Shown in pieces: positions 1 to 9,432 of a stretch of DNA of 64,000 nt. A program made the position numbers and the translations under genes. Positions within the stretch are counted from its first letter, which is position 1; each line of letters starts with the position of its first letter. This DNA is from Candidatus Altimarinota bacterium (GTDB lineage: Bacteria; Patescibacteriota; Gracilibacteria; BD1-5; UBA2023), in the NCBI GenBank assembly GCA_031375155.1, contig JANMHM010000057.1, positions 2,661-66,660 on the forward strand, in the 5' to 3' direction. The notes under the pieces were generated by a model, which saw only the letters and a program-made list of their open reading frames with translations, was not told the DNA's origin and did not search any database.

Positions 1-143
1 GCGAACTCGGTTCCTGGAGTGAGCTTGTTGAGATTATCCACGTATGTCTGGAGGTGTTTCCCATGGTGGAACTCGAGTGTCTCAGCTGATATATGTGGAG
101 CGAGTGCATCTCCGTGATAGGGAAGTGGAGTGAGTGTGAACAT
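1..143 (-). CDS. Fe/Mn-type superoxide dismutase, N-terminal part (gene runs off the left edge)
   Basis: Minus-strand translation from the ATG at 143 gives [47 protein letters not shown], the conserved Fe/Mn-SOD N-terminal domain. Confidence 0.85.
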   Translation of the reverse strand, partial: MFTLTPLPYHGDALAPHISAETLEFHHGKHLQTYVDNLNKLTPGTEF

Positions 144-328
144 AGAAAGAGAGATTAAGATAAGAAAAGTATATCGAAAAGTCGAAAAAGACCAAATGAA
201 GAAAAAGAGAAAAATGAATTGACAAAATACTCGAGAAAGTATAGACTAGAGAAATCGTGATATAAGTTAGCCTCGGGACTTCCGATGGAGATAAGTATCA
301 TGATAACATTCCCTGAGGAGGGGAAATA

Positions 329-598
329 ATGAGTCAATTAAAATCACTATCAGGTAAGCATACGCTACACCCGGTAACTGGTGTAGCTCCCGGCTACGCC
401 ACAATGGTTTTTATCACGCAAGCTCCCGAGCCAGCAATTGGAAGGGCACACGCCCGGGCAATTGCATCTCAATCACCTCATATCAATGGCGTGAAAGTTG
501 CTCCCAGCTTGCACCGTAACTTTTAAGTTCCCCTTCTCACCATCCGCCTGTCATTCCTGAAAAGGTAGTGAAAGGAGGAATCGGGGGATGGTAGAAAA
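329..598 (+). ncRNA. candidate structured RNA, class unresolved
   Basis: GC-enriched island between divergent sod and recG. It has a perfect 8-bp hairpin GCTACACC/GGTGTAGC (364-387) and an alternative GTAGC-tcccg-GCTAC hairpin (383-397). GCAAGCT (418-424) can pair long-range with AGCTTGC (506-512). The region ends with a GTCAT-type hairpin (550-582) and an intrinsic terminator. The overlapping 65-aa ORF looks non-protein-like. Confidence 0.3.
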
Positions 599-629
599 GC
601 CCGCTTCACGCGGGCCTTTTTCTTTTTTC
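599..629 (+). terminator. intrinsic terminator
   Basis: GCCCGC-ttcac-GCGGGC stem-loop followed by CTTTTTCTTTTTT. Confidence 0.6.
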
Positions 630-704
630 CTATTTCTTCTTCATTCTATAAACTCGCGAAGAACAAGTTTTTGCAATTTTCCACTATTTCTCTATCATTT
701 CTCT

Positions 705-3197
705 ATGATACTCTCGAAGTCACTCCTGCATACTACTGACGTCTATATCAAAAAACTGAAAGAAGCAGGCATAGAAACTGTGAGAGATTTTATCTGACTC
801 TATCCGAAAGACTACGAGGATAAGAGTGATGTGATGACGAAGTTCTCTCTTCTCGATATCACAGAAAAGCAGGTCATCAAGTGTACTATCGAGCTTCTCA
901 CGAGTGAGATGACTCGGAACAAGAAGCTCCTCATCAAAGCAGTCGTCACCGACAGCGACGGTATGCACGCCGAGGCAATCTGGTTCAATCAGAGGATGAT
1001 CTTATCGAAATTCAGTAAATGAGATACCGTACTTCTCTTCGGAAAACCGAAATATGAATATGGTCGCCTCTCATTCCCGAGTGCAGAGATCGAGCATTTC
1101 TCTCCTAAAAGACAGGAGATCATGCCTCTATACTCCGATGTGAACTATATACCAGGATCGTGGATCCAAGAGAAGATGGTCTATATGAAGCCATTTCTCG
1201 ACGAGATCAGCGATGATATCCCACAGATGATACGTACGAAGAAGTGACTCCGAGCCAAAAGTGCGAATATCCGCGATATCCACTTCCCGAGCTCGATAGA
1301 AGCATTCGAACGAGCGAAACATGAGCTCGGATACGGAGAGCTCTTCCAGTTCCAGCTCATCGGAGTAGAGAAAAAGCAGACTGCACAACGAGAGTCAAAA
1401 TGACTCGCACCCACGATCCCTCTCGATGTCGAACTCGTGAAAGAGATAATCGCGGGACTCCCCTTCGCTCTGACGAACAAGCAAAAAATCGTCCTCTTCC
1501 AGATACTCAAAGATATGGGTGAACCCTATGCTATGGCTCGACTCCTTCAGTGAGATGTGGGTACAGGAAAGACCGTCGTCGCGCTTATCGCCGCCATCCA
1601 TGCGATCATCCTATCTAGATGAAAAACAGAAAATGGTATCCGTCATGTCGACAAAAGAGATATCCTGCCCGAAAAGTCAGAGCAAGATTTCTCGCATACT
1701 CGAAATGACAGAACCCTCCAAGTAGCCATCATGGCACCGACTGAGATCCTCGCGCGTCAGCATTTTGCTGGAAGTGAAGCATGGCTCATGCAGTGGGGCA
1801 TCAGATCGGATCTCCTCGTCGGCTCGCTCACACCACGCATGAAGGAAGATGCGCGAGAGCGACTCAAGTCTGGCCAGACAGATATCATATTCGGGACGCA
1901 CGCACTCATACAGGATTCCGTCGCATTCGCGAACCTCGGATTCGTAGTGGTAGACGAGCAACACCGATTCTGAGTCGAGCAAAGAAAGGTGCTCGAGGAG
2001 TATTGTTCACCAAAACGCCTCATCCCTAGCCCTTCTCCTAAAGGAGAAGGGAATGGTACAATGCACAACAGTGCACTAAGAGGCCTATATACTCTCGCAA
2101 ATGAAATGCGGAAAAATCCAACACAAACCGAAGAACTCGTTTGGGAGATATTGAAAAACAAAGGAATATTTGAGTTAAAATTTAGAAGACAGCATCCTTT
2201 TTCTACATATATTGCTGATTTTTATTGTCATGAAAAAAAAATTGTCATCGAGATTGATGGCGAGATTCATGAAAAACAAAAGGAATATGATCAGAATAGA
2301 GATGATGAAATGAGGAGGAAGTGAATCAATATTTTTCGGTTCACTAATGAAGAAGTTCTCGATATCGCAAATTTTATCAAAAAACTTGAGAGAATTTTGG
2401 CTCCCCTCTCTGAAGGAGAGGGGCTGGGGGTGAGGCATATCGTCCCCCACCGCCTCAATATGTCTGCGACCCCGATCCCTCGTACGCTTGCGCTCACGAT
2501 CTATGGCGATCAGGATGTCTCAGTCCTCGATGAGTACCCAGCAGGACGCAAGCCTATCCATACGCGAGTGATCCGGGAAGAGCAGCGTATAGAGGTCTAT
2601 AGATTCGTAGAAGAGGAAGTGCGCCAAGGCAGACAAGTCTACTGGATATCTCCGCTGGTCGAAGAGTCAGAGACACTCGAAGTCGCGAGTGCGGTCGAGA
2701 TGCAGGTGACACTTTCTGCTGTCTTTCCGAAACTCTCTGTCGGACTCATCCACGGGAAGATGAGTGGGAAAGAAAAGGATCGTATCATGCAAGAGTTCTA
2801 TGAGAATAAGATTCAGATACTCTCTTCTACTTCTGTCGTCGAAGTAGGGGTAAATAATCCCAATGCCACCATCATGTGTATCGAAGCGGCAGAGAGATTC
2901 TGACTGTCTCAGTTGCATCAGTTCCGAGGGCGAGTCGGACGCGGAGATGATCAGTCATACTGCTACCTCTTCACGACCAAGGAGTACAAGACTGATAGAC
3001 TTCGCGCGATGGAACAGACGGGTGATGGCTTCGAGCTTGCGGAGATCGACCTGGAGCTCAGATGACCAGGTGAAGTCTACGGCGTACGCCAGTCAGGAGT
3101 ACCAGACTTCCACTTCGCTGATCTCCGAGACGTCGGTCTCATATCAGAAATCCGAGAAGATATAGAAGAATGGATAAAATGAAAAAAGAAGTTGTAA
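705..3197 (+). CDS. recG: ATP-dependent DNA helicase RecG carrying an in-frame DUF559 insertion
   Basis: One frame is open from ATG 705 to TAA 3195-3197 when TGA is read as Gly. Standard-code fragments 588-797, 831-1022, 1731-1973, 1989-2324 and 2397-2903 all lie in this frame. Motifs seen: [64 protein letters not shown]. Confidence 0.9.
2018..2435 (+). mobile_element. DUF559 (Vsr-like) endonuclease cassette with hairpin terminal inverted repeats, inserted in frame in recG
   Basis: Left arm is 2018-2056 (cctcatccctagcccttctcctaaaggagaagggaatgg). Right arm is 2403-2435 (cccctctctgaaggagaggggctgggggtgagg), and the two are reverse-complement related. An internal ATG at 2061 opens [99 protein letters not shown], a typical DUF559 sequence. 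Confidence 0.6.
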
Positions 3198-3199
3198 TT

Positions 3200-3418
3200 T
3201 TATTTTTCTCTATAAAATATAAGAAAGTAAATATCATAAAATGACCTTACAGCTAGTAAATCAACGTGTACCGAAAGATAATACTCTTGTTTTGCTAAAC
3301 TGAGCTTCGAATAGCAAAAGACCGAGTGTCCAATGACTATCAGAAGAATACAGGCGGATACTAGTATCTCTCCTCTGAAGAAATCACTTACAGAATGGCT
3401 TACACGAGATTGTTTCAT
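3200..3418 (-). CDS. hypothetical small membrane protein (weak call)
   Basis: 72-codon ORF with no TGA and a real TAA stop, with one hydrophobic stretch (ILVSACILLIVIGHSVF). It is convergent on the recG stop. No recognisable motif. Confidence 0.25.
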   Translation of the reverse strand: MKQSRVSHSVSDFFRGEILVSACILLIVIGHSVFCYSKLSLAKQEYYLSVHVDLLAVRSFYDIYFLIFYREK

Positions 3419-3447
3419 TTAACAGTAAAGTCTTAACTCAGAGCTTT

Positions 3448-3852
3448 ATGGATAAGTTCTATGCTATATTTCGAAATCGTAATCTACCAGTATTCTATGA
3501 TGGATCTGAGATTTCTAATAAAGGTGTTATAGAGGATATGAGAGGACGCCCTCTCATAAAAGTATACTCGAGATGGCATAAAATGATAACAAAACATCAT
3601 ATGGTGCCTGGGAGTCGATGAGGAGTAAGTGCGGATAGCAATTATCGATATATACCTCATACCCTTCATAGTAGATTTCATCGGATTTTTTCGAATAAAA
3701 CACCGTTAGAACAACTCGCTTACCTTATTCTCTTAGAAAGAAATAGTTATAATCCATGATTTATAGAAGACATAGCCGATCTTCTTTTGTGAGAAAATCA
3801 AGAAAAGGCCTATAAAAAACGAATTATTCCTTCTGGAAGACTTACTTACTAA
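3448..3852 (+). CDS. hypothetical protein
   Basis: Open from ATG 3448 to TAA 3850-3852 with 3 in-frame TGA. Sequence MDKFYAIFRNRNLPVFYDGSEISNKGVIEDMRGRPLIKVYSRWHKMITKHH... has no confident family assignment. Confidence 0.45.
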
Positions 3853-3861
3853 TCCATTTCC

Positions 3862-4230
3862 ATGAAAAACCTCTCTACCTTTATCGCGCTTGCGATGAGT
3901 GCTTGCGTGGCAGAAGCTCAAGCAACTGAAGCTGCAAAAAACAACTGAAGCGTAACTGCCTGTGCTACTATTTGTAGGTGAACACAAAAACAAGTTGAAA
4001 ATATTTTTTGAATCCCGCAAAATACTGAAAGCGGTAAATATGCAAGAGAGCTACGATGACTACAAGAGGCAATTACTGGTGAAAAATGAAAATGGATAGG
4101 AGGAACATGGTACATACAAAACACTCCCAACAACAATAATCTTGTACCGTACGTATGAGCGTCTCCGAAAGAGAACGGTGGTGCAAATAGGATACGTTTT
4201 GGTATATGACTACAATGAACTTTTAAGTAA
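3862..4230 (+). CDS. hypothetical secreted protein
   Basis: ATG 3862 to TAA 4228-4230 with 8 in-frame TGA. N-terminal signal-like MKNLSTFIALAMSACVAEAQA. Confidence 0.5.
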
Positions 4231-4232
4231 AT

Positions 4233-4844
4233 ATGATGGATCTTGCTACTTATCTCCTCGAACTGAAAAAATCCTGACTCGAGCGAAAAATCCCGAATAT
4301 TTCAGAGAATAATGCCCTCTTCCTGAAAGAGCTTATCCGAGCGAGAAGACCGAAACATCTTCTCGAGATCGGTACGGCGAATGGCTACTCGACACTTCAG
4401 TTCGCTTCTGTGATGTTTTGTTCTGAATCTCCCCTCTCTGAAGGAGAGGGGCTAGGGGTGAGTTCGATCACGACGCTCGAATACGCGGAGAATGCCTATA
4501 CCGAAGCACAGATTCATTTCGAGAAGACAGCGATGACTGGACATATCACGAGTCTCTTCGGTGATGCGAAGACTCTCCTTCCCACTCTTCCTGACGATCA
4601 TTTCGACTTCGTATTCATCGACGCGATGAAGCGAGAGTACCTCGACTATCTCCTTCTCTCACTTCCGAAGATGACTTCTGATGCACTTATCGTGATCGAT
4701 GATGTAGAGAAATTCCGACCGAAGATGGAAAATCTCTATACGTTTCTCGAAGAGAAAAAAATTCCCTACCGTCTCGAAAAAACTGATCCTGATGATAGCA
4801 TAATGATCATAAAGGTAGAGGATATGCGGAAAGTTCTTGCATAA
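4233..4844 (+). CDS. class I SAM-dependent O-methyltransferase (family 3, YrrM/caffeoyl-CoA OMT-like)
   Basis: MMDLATYLLELKKS-G-LERKIPNISENNALFLKELIRARRPKHLLEIGTANGYSTLQFA...VFIDAMKREYLDYL...LIVIDDV. This is the SAM-binding EIGTxxGYS motif plus DAxK. A hairpin repeat is inserted in frame after QFASVM. Confidence 0.85.
4431..4462 (+). repeat. solo GC-rich palindromic element inserted in frame in the O-methyltransferase gene
   Basis: cccctctctgaaggagaggggctaggggtgag differs at only one of its first 31 positions from the right arm of the recG cassette. It is translated as [12 protein letters not shown]. Confidence 0.75.
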
Positions 4845-4904
4845 TTTCGCAAAAAGCATAAAATCCTCTCGTGCTTCGCACAGTTTATCCTTTTCTTTTT
4901 CCCT

Positions 4905-5099
4905 ATGGCTACTGTCAATATGCTCGCGCGCATCTTGCTCATCGTCGGAGGTTTGAATTGGGGTTTCGTCGCTTTCGGATACAATCCTGTGGAAATGCTC
5001 CTCGGATCATGGCCACAAGTCCTGATGATCGTCTATGTACTTGTCGGACTAGCTGCCCTCTGGGAAGCATATAACTGGTGCATGAACTGCAAAAAATAA
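4905..5099 (+). CDS. DUF378 family membrane protein
   Basis: MATVNMLARILLIVGGLNWGFVAFGYNPVEMLLGSWPQVLMIVYVLVGLAALW matches the GGLNWG...VYxLVGLAAL pattern of DUF378. Confidence 0.85.
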   Translation: MATVNMLARILLIVGGLNWGFVAFGYNPVEMLLGSWPQVLMIVYVLVGLAALWEAYNWCMNCKK

Positions 5100-5113
5100 A
5101 AAATATCGAATAT

Positions 5114-5149
5114 ATCTCCCCCGCTCTTCATCAGATGGGGAGATTTTTA
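5114..5149 (+). terminator. intrinsic terminator
   Basis: ATCTCCCC (5114-5121) pairs with GGGGAGAT (5137-5144), followed by TTTTT. Confidence 0.6.
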
Positions 5150-5269
5150 TTATGAGAATTATTCTCACTATTCGTCTTGCTTTTTTCTGAGATTTTTCTA
5201 TAATCTTTTTCGAGAAATTCCCTCAATATTCGTAATTGTTTTATTCGTAATTCGTAATTTTCCTACTAT

Positions 5270-5584
5270 ATGTCTACTCTCGTTTCTACCGATGCTGACT
5301 TCGCTGCCAATATCGCCTCTGGCGTCACTCTCGTTGATTTCTGGGCTGAGTGGTGCGGACCTTGCCAGATCATGCTTCCTCGCCTCGAAGAGCTCGCGAG
5401 CAAAGTCGAAGGGAAAGCGAAAATCATGAAGCACGATGTCGATGCACACTCTGCGACTCCGAGTCAGTTCCGTATCATGAGTATCCCGACGATTATCGTA
5501 TTCAAGGATGGACAACCCGTAGAGAAATTCGTCGGTGTCCAGGATACATCAGTCCTCGAAGCAGCGATCGCAAAACACATTTAA
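5270..5584 (+). CDS. trxA: thioredoxin
   Basis: 104 aa with a VDFWAEWCGPCQ active site and IMSIPTIIVFKDGQPV. Confidence 0.95.
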   Translation: MSTLVSTDADFAANIASGVTLVDFWAEWCGPCQIMLPRLEELASKVEGKAKIMKHDVDAHSATPSQFRIMSIPTIIVFKDGQPVEKFVGVQDTSVLEAAIAKHI

Positions 5585-5680
5585 TTCCGAGAAACACAAA
5601 CAGTCACACAAACACATTGGAATTTGTGCACTTATACAAAGTCCAGTGTGTCTTCTGTTTGTGTCTGTGTAACTTTTTCT

Positions 5681-6781
5681 ATGCAATTCGAATACTATAG
5701 CATCCTCGAGATTTCTCGTGAAGCGACTCCCGAAGAAATAAAAAAAGCCTATCGAAAAAAAGCGATGGAACTCCATCCTGATCGTCATGACGGAGATAAA
5801 GGAAAGGAAGCCGAGTTCAAAAAGCTCAATGAGGCCTACTCTACGCTCTCTGATGATGGGAAAAAAGCGTACTATGATCGTCATGGAACCATGGACAACC
5901 ACGGACAGTGAGGCGGGTTCGGGGGATTTCAGTGAGGATTCGATGCGGGCGATATCGGAGATATTTTCTCATCATTTTTTGGTGGAGGATTCGGTGGTGG
6001 AGGTGGACGACAGAGAGCTGATATCGGGGAGGATATCGAGATCCGTATGAGTATTTCTCTCGAAGATGCGATCCGAGGCAATAGTCGCAAAGTCGAGTAC
6101 AAGCGTCGAGTGAGCTGTGATACGTGTCATGGAAAGTGAGGAAAGACGACCAAGTGTACGACATGTAACGGTATGGGACAGGTCCGCGAACAGATGCGGA
6201 CGGTATTTGGTGTCATCGAGCAGGCTCGCGCGTGTAGTCGCTGTGATGGTACGGGTGAGATGATCACGGAGAAATGCGGAACATGTCATGGGAAGAAATA
6301 CAACGAAACCACGATCAAAAAAGATATCGAGATCCCTGCAGGAATAGAGGATGGTATGAGCGTGAAGATGCGAAATGAGGGACACGCGGGACGCGATGGA
6401 AACGGTGATCTCTATATCACGTTCTCAGTGCCAAATCGTGAAGGTGGGCTCGAGCGCGATGGTTATACTCTCCACTATAGCGTGCGCATTTCTCCAGCCG
6501 AGGCGACACTCGGAGGGAGCAAGGATATCGAGATCCCGATCATCGGGAAGAAAACTCTCCAAGTAGAGAAATGAACACAGTGAGATGATACCCTGAAGTT
6601 CTCGGGTGAATGACTCACGCGTCTCGATCGTAAATGAACGAAAGGGGATCTCATCATCCACTATGTGATCGATATCTCGACCAAGGTATCAGCTGATGAG
6701 AAGAAACTCTACTCTGCACTGCTCGAGCTCCAGTGAGGGAAAAAACCACCAAAAGGCTTTCTCGAAAGTATTTTTGAATAG
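5681..6781 (+). CDS. dnaJ: molecular chaperone DnaJ
   Basis: J-domain YYSILEISREATPEEIKKAYRKKAMELHPDR, a G/F region, and four CxxCxGxG zinc-finger repeats. In CDTCHGK-G the last Gly is TGA 6137-6139. The frame is open to TAG 6779-6781. Confidence 0.95.
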
Positions 6782-6961
6782 TTTTTTCTGTACTTCTTTT
6801 GCCATTCCGTAGGTATCCCTTTCAAAATCATCTTATGAGAATTGGGTGATTTCATTATCGTAAGGGAAAGGGAAAGAGATTTCTCCGCTACGCTATGAAA
6901 TGACAAAAAAGATGAACTTGCTCATTTTTTGCTTCTTTCTTGAGTGCAGTTTTGTGATTTT

Positions 6962-7039
6962 TTCGACGAGATTTCTGTAAAAAATCCGAAACTGTTTGAG
7001 CTGTAGGCGAGTTTTTCGGATTTAAGAAATCGAGTCGAA
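6962..7039. repeat. nested inverted repeat downstream of dnaJ
   Basis: Outer arms are ttcgacgagatttct (6962-6976) and agaaatcgagtcgaa (7025-7039). Inner arms are aaatccgaaa and tttcggattt. Confidence 0.5.
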
Positions 7040-7152
7040 TACAAAATCCAAAACAAGCTCACCAAAGAAGGACCTTTTGTTTCTTTTCAGTCATGAAAAG
7101 AAAAGCATAAAACACTCTCTTGCAATCTCCCTAAAATCTCTATAATCGAAAT

Positions 7153-7410
7153 ATGTCTACTTCCTACACCGATCTCGTAAATGTCCCTTCTTTTGGGAAA
7201 AAACGCGAAAACAACTTCAATCCTGAACGCGGAGATATCGGATTTTTTTGTCGCGAGTGCTGGAAACAGGTCGATGCGATCCACCTCGAACCACAGAAAG
7301 TCGGCAAACAAGTAAGAGAGAATCTCTACGAATGTCCGATCTGTCATGGGAAGCGTATCGCAGTCGGGACGATCGAAGGACTCAAGGAGCACTACGATCG
7401 AAAGAAATAA
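7153..7410 (+). CDS. small zinc-ribbon protein (hypothetical)
   Basis: 85 aa with no TGA and two CxxC pairs (CRECW, CPICHG). A TTGCAA...TATAAT promoter-like sequence lies just upstream and a terminator lies downstream. Confidence 0.6.
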   Translation: MSTSYTDLVNVPSFGKKRENNFNPERGDIGFFCRECWKQVDAIHLEPQKVGKQVRENLYECPICHGKRIAVGTIEGLKEHYDRKK

Positions 7411-7424
7411 TTTTTAAAAATAAA

Positions 7425-7451
7425 AAACTCTCTCTTGTCGAGAGTTTTTTA
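7425..7451 (+). terminator. intrinsic terminator
   Basis: AAACTCTC (7425-7432) pairs with GAGAGTTT (7440-7447), followed by a T-run. Confidence 0.65.
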
Positions 7452-7464
7452 TTTGCATTCAAAA

Positions 7465-7492
7465 TGTATACATATATACTCTTTTGTATACA
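7465..7492. promoter_or_regulatory. two TGTATACA palindromes upstream of lexA (candidate operator)
   Basis: TGTATACA occurs at 7465-7472 and 7485-7492, 20 bp apart and 22-49 nt upstream of the lexA ATG. The first sits inside TGTATACATATATAC. Confidence 0.3.
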
Positions 7493-7513
7493 TTGTATGT
7501 AACTTTTATTTTT

Positions 7514-8140
7514 ATGGAACTCCTCACTCGCAAAGAGCAACTCGTCTTCCAGAAAGTCCGTGACTTCATATCACAGGGAGAGAAACTCACGATCCGTGCC
7601 CTCCAGGCAGCTCTGGGATACGCCTCTCCTCGCTCGATATCGGTCATGCTCGACCAGATCATGGCGAAGGGATGGCTCTACAGAGACTCCCTCGAGCAGA
7701 TACGCATATCACCTCAGTACAAGACGGATAGTTACGAGGTTCGCTCTATCCCTCTCATATGAGCTATTGCTTGCGGTATGCCTATCTTCGCCGAGGAGAA
7801 CATCGAGACCAAGATACCCATCTCGACCAAGCTCCTCTCCCCCTCGGACGAATACTTCTTCCTCAGAGCCGAGTGAGACTCCATGAATCAGAAATGAGTA
7901 GAAAGTGGTGATCTCGTCCTGATCAAACGAACTGATATTCCCGAAGATGGGAAAATCGTCGTCGCACTGATCAATGATGAAGCAACACTCAAAGAATACA
8001 AAAAAATCGGTGATTCTGTCTATCTCATACCCCACTCGGATAATCCGAAACATCGACCTATTATCTTGGGTGAATCTGATGGGAACATCATGATCCAGTG
8101 AATCTTTGTCCGCGCATTTCCAGGAGATCTCTTTACCTAA
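7514..8140 (+). CDS. lexA: LexA repressor (S24 peptidase)
   Basis: N-terminal wHTH LTRKEQLVFQKVRDFI. The cleavage region is PLI-G-AIACGMPI. The catalytic motif is LRAE-G-DSM, with the Gly encoded by TGA 7874-7876. It also has GDLVLIK and KIVVALINDEATLKEY. Ends at TAA 8138-8140. Confidence 0.9.
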
Positions 8141-8320
8141 TCTACTATGACACTCACACTTCTCACATACACGAACTACTTCCTCTGTCTCGTCACGACT
8201 CTTACGCTCGTATCACTCCTGATATAGGCTACATTACTTTCACTTTTATACAGTCCCCGTCATTGCCTCTCGAAGGCAGGAATCTACAAACCATAATCTT
8301 TACACTTTACATTAACCCCT

Positions 8321-9385
8321 ATGACTGATAACCGCAAAGATGCTCTCGCATCAGCCCTCTCGATGATCGAAAAACAATTTGGTGCTGGATCCGTGATGAA
8401 GCTCGGTGAAAAATCTCATATGAAAGTCGAGACTTGCTGATCTGGATCTATCGCTCTCGATGAGGCTCTCGGTGGTGGATACGCGAAAGGGCGTATCGTC
8501 GAGATCTATGGACCTGAGTCATCAGGAAAGACGACACTCGCACTTCATGCTATCGCTGAGTGCCAGAAGGCAGGAGGGACAGCAGCATTCGTCGATGCTG
8601 AGCATGCACTCGATCCTGCCTATGCGAAAGCTATCGGAGTCAATATCGATGAGCTCATCATCTCTCAGCCAGACTATGGTGAGCAAGCACTTGAGATCGT
8701 CGATGCACTCGTACGATCAGGAGCAGTCGACCTTATCGTCGTAGACTCCGTCGCTGCACTCACGCCAAAGGCTGAGATCGAAGGAAATATGGGAGACTCA
8801 TTTATGGGACTCCAGGCTCGTCTCATGTCTCAGGCACTTCGTAAAGTCACTGGTGTGATCTGAAAGTCGAACTCTACCGTGATATTTATCAATCAGATCC
8901 GTATGAAAATCGGTGTCATGTTCGGGAATCCAGAGACGACGACAGGAGGAAACGCTCTGAAGTTCTATGCTTCTCAGCGTCTCGACATCAGACGCAAGGA
9001 AAAACTCGAAACTGGTACCGGAGATGATAAAGAAGCATATGGAAATAAGGTGAAAGTGAAAGTGGTAAAAAATAAGATTGCTCCGCCTTTCCGTGAGGTA
9101 GAGATCGATGTGCTCTTCAATGAAGGAATTTCTCACGCCGGAGAACTTCTCGATATCGGAGCGGCACGCGGGATTATCAAAAAAGCAGGAGCATTTTACT
9201 CATACGGTGAAACTCGTCTCGGACAAGGACGAGAAAATGCTCGTGACTTCCTCAAAGAAAATGAAAAAATGATGAAAGAGATCGATAAAGAAGTCAGAAA
9301 AGAGAAGGCTGACCGTGTCGAGTCAGGAAAAAAGGCAGGAAAAAGTGAAAAAAAAGATGAAATACTCGATGAAATAGACGAATAA
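8321..9385 (+). CDS. recA: recombinase RecA
   Basis: [18 protein letters not shown]...[40 protein letters not shown]...[33 protein letters not shown] 8438-8440 aligns with the conserved Gly of T-G-S. Confidence 0.97.
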
Positions 9386-9394
9386 TTTGCATGA

Positions 9395-9432
9395 AATAGA
9401 ATCTATGCTATAATAATGGCATAGATTCTATT
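9395..9432. repeat. perfect 14-bp inverted repeat between recA and the next ORF
   Basis: aatagaatctatgc (9395-9408) pairs with gcatagattctatt (9419-9432). The loop is tataataatg. The repeat abuts ATG 9433 and has no T-run. Confidence 0.6.

Noticed and set aside
329-526. A listed 65-aa ORF (MSQLKSLSGKHTLHPV...).
   Set aside because: It lies in a helix-rich GC island ending in a terminator, and its composition is not protein-like. I treat it as a candidate RNA instead.
588-3165. recG, and likewise dnaK, uvrB, mfd, dnaJ, recA and others, appear as strings of short ORFs, which suggests pseudogenes or a degraded genome.
   Set aside because: All fragments of each gene share one frame and are separated only by TGA, which falls on conserved Gly positions. 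Under table 25 the genes are intact.
3484-4136. Minus-strand ORFs 3484-3681, 3733-4020 and 3918-4136.
   Set aside because: Two plus-strand table-25 frames cover the region better, and one of them has a clear signal peptide. The minus-strand translations are low-complexity.
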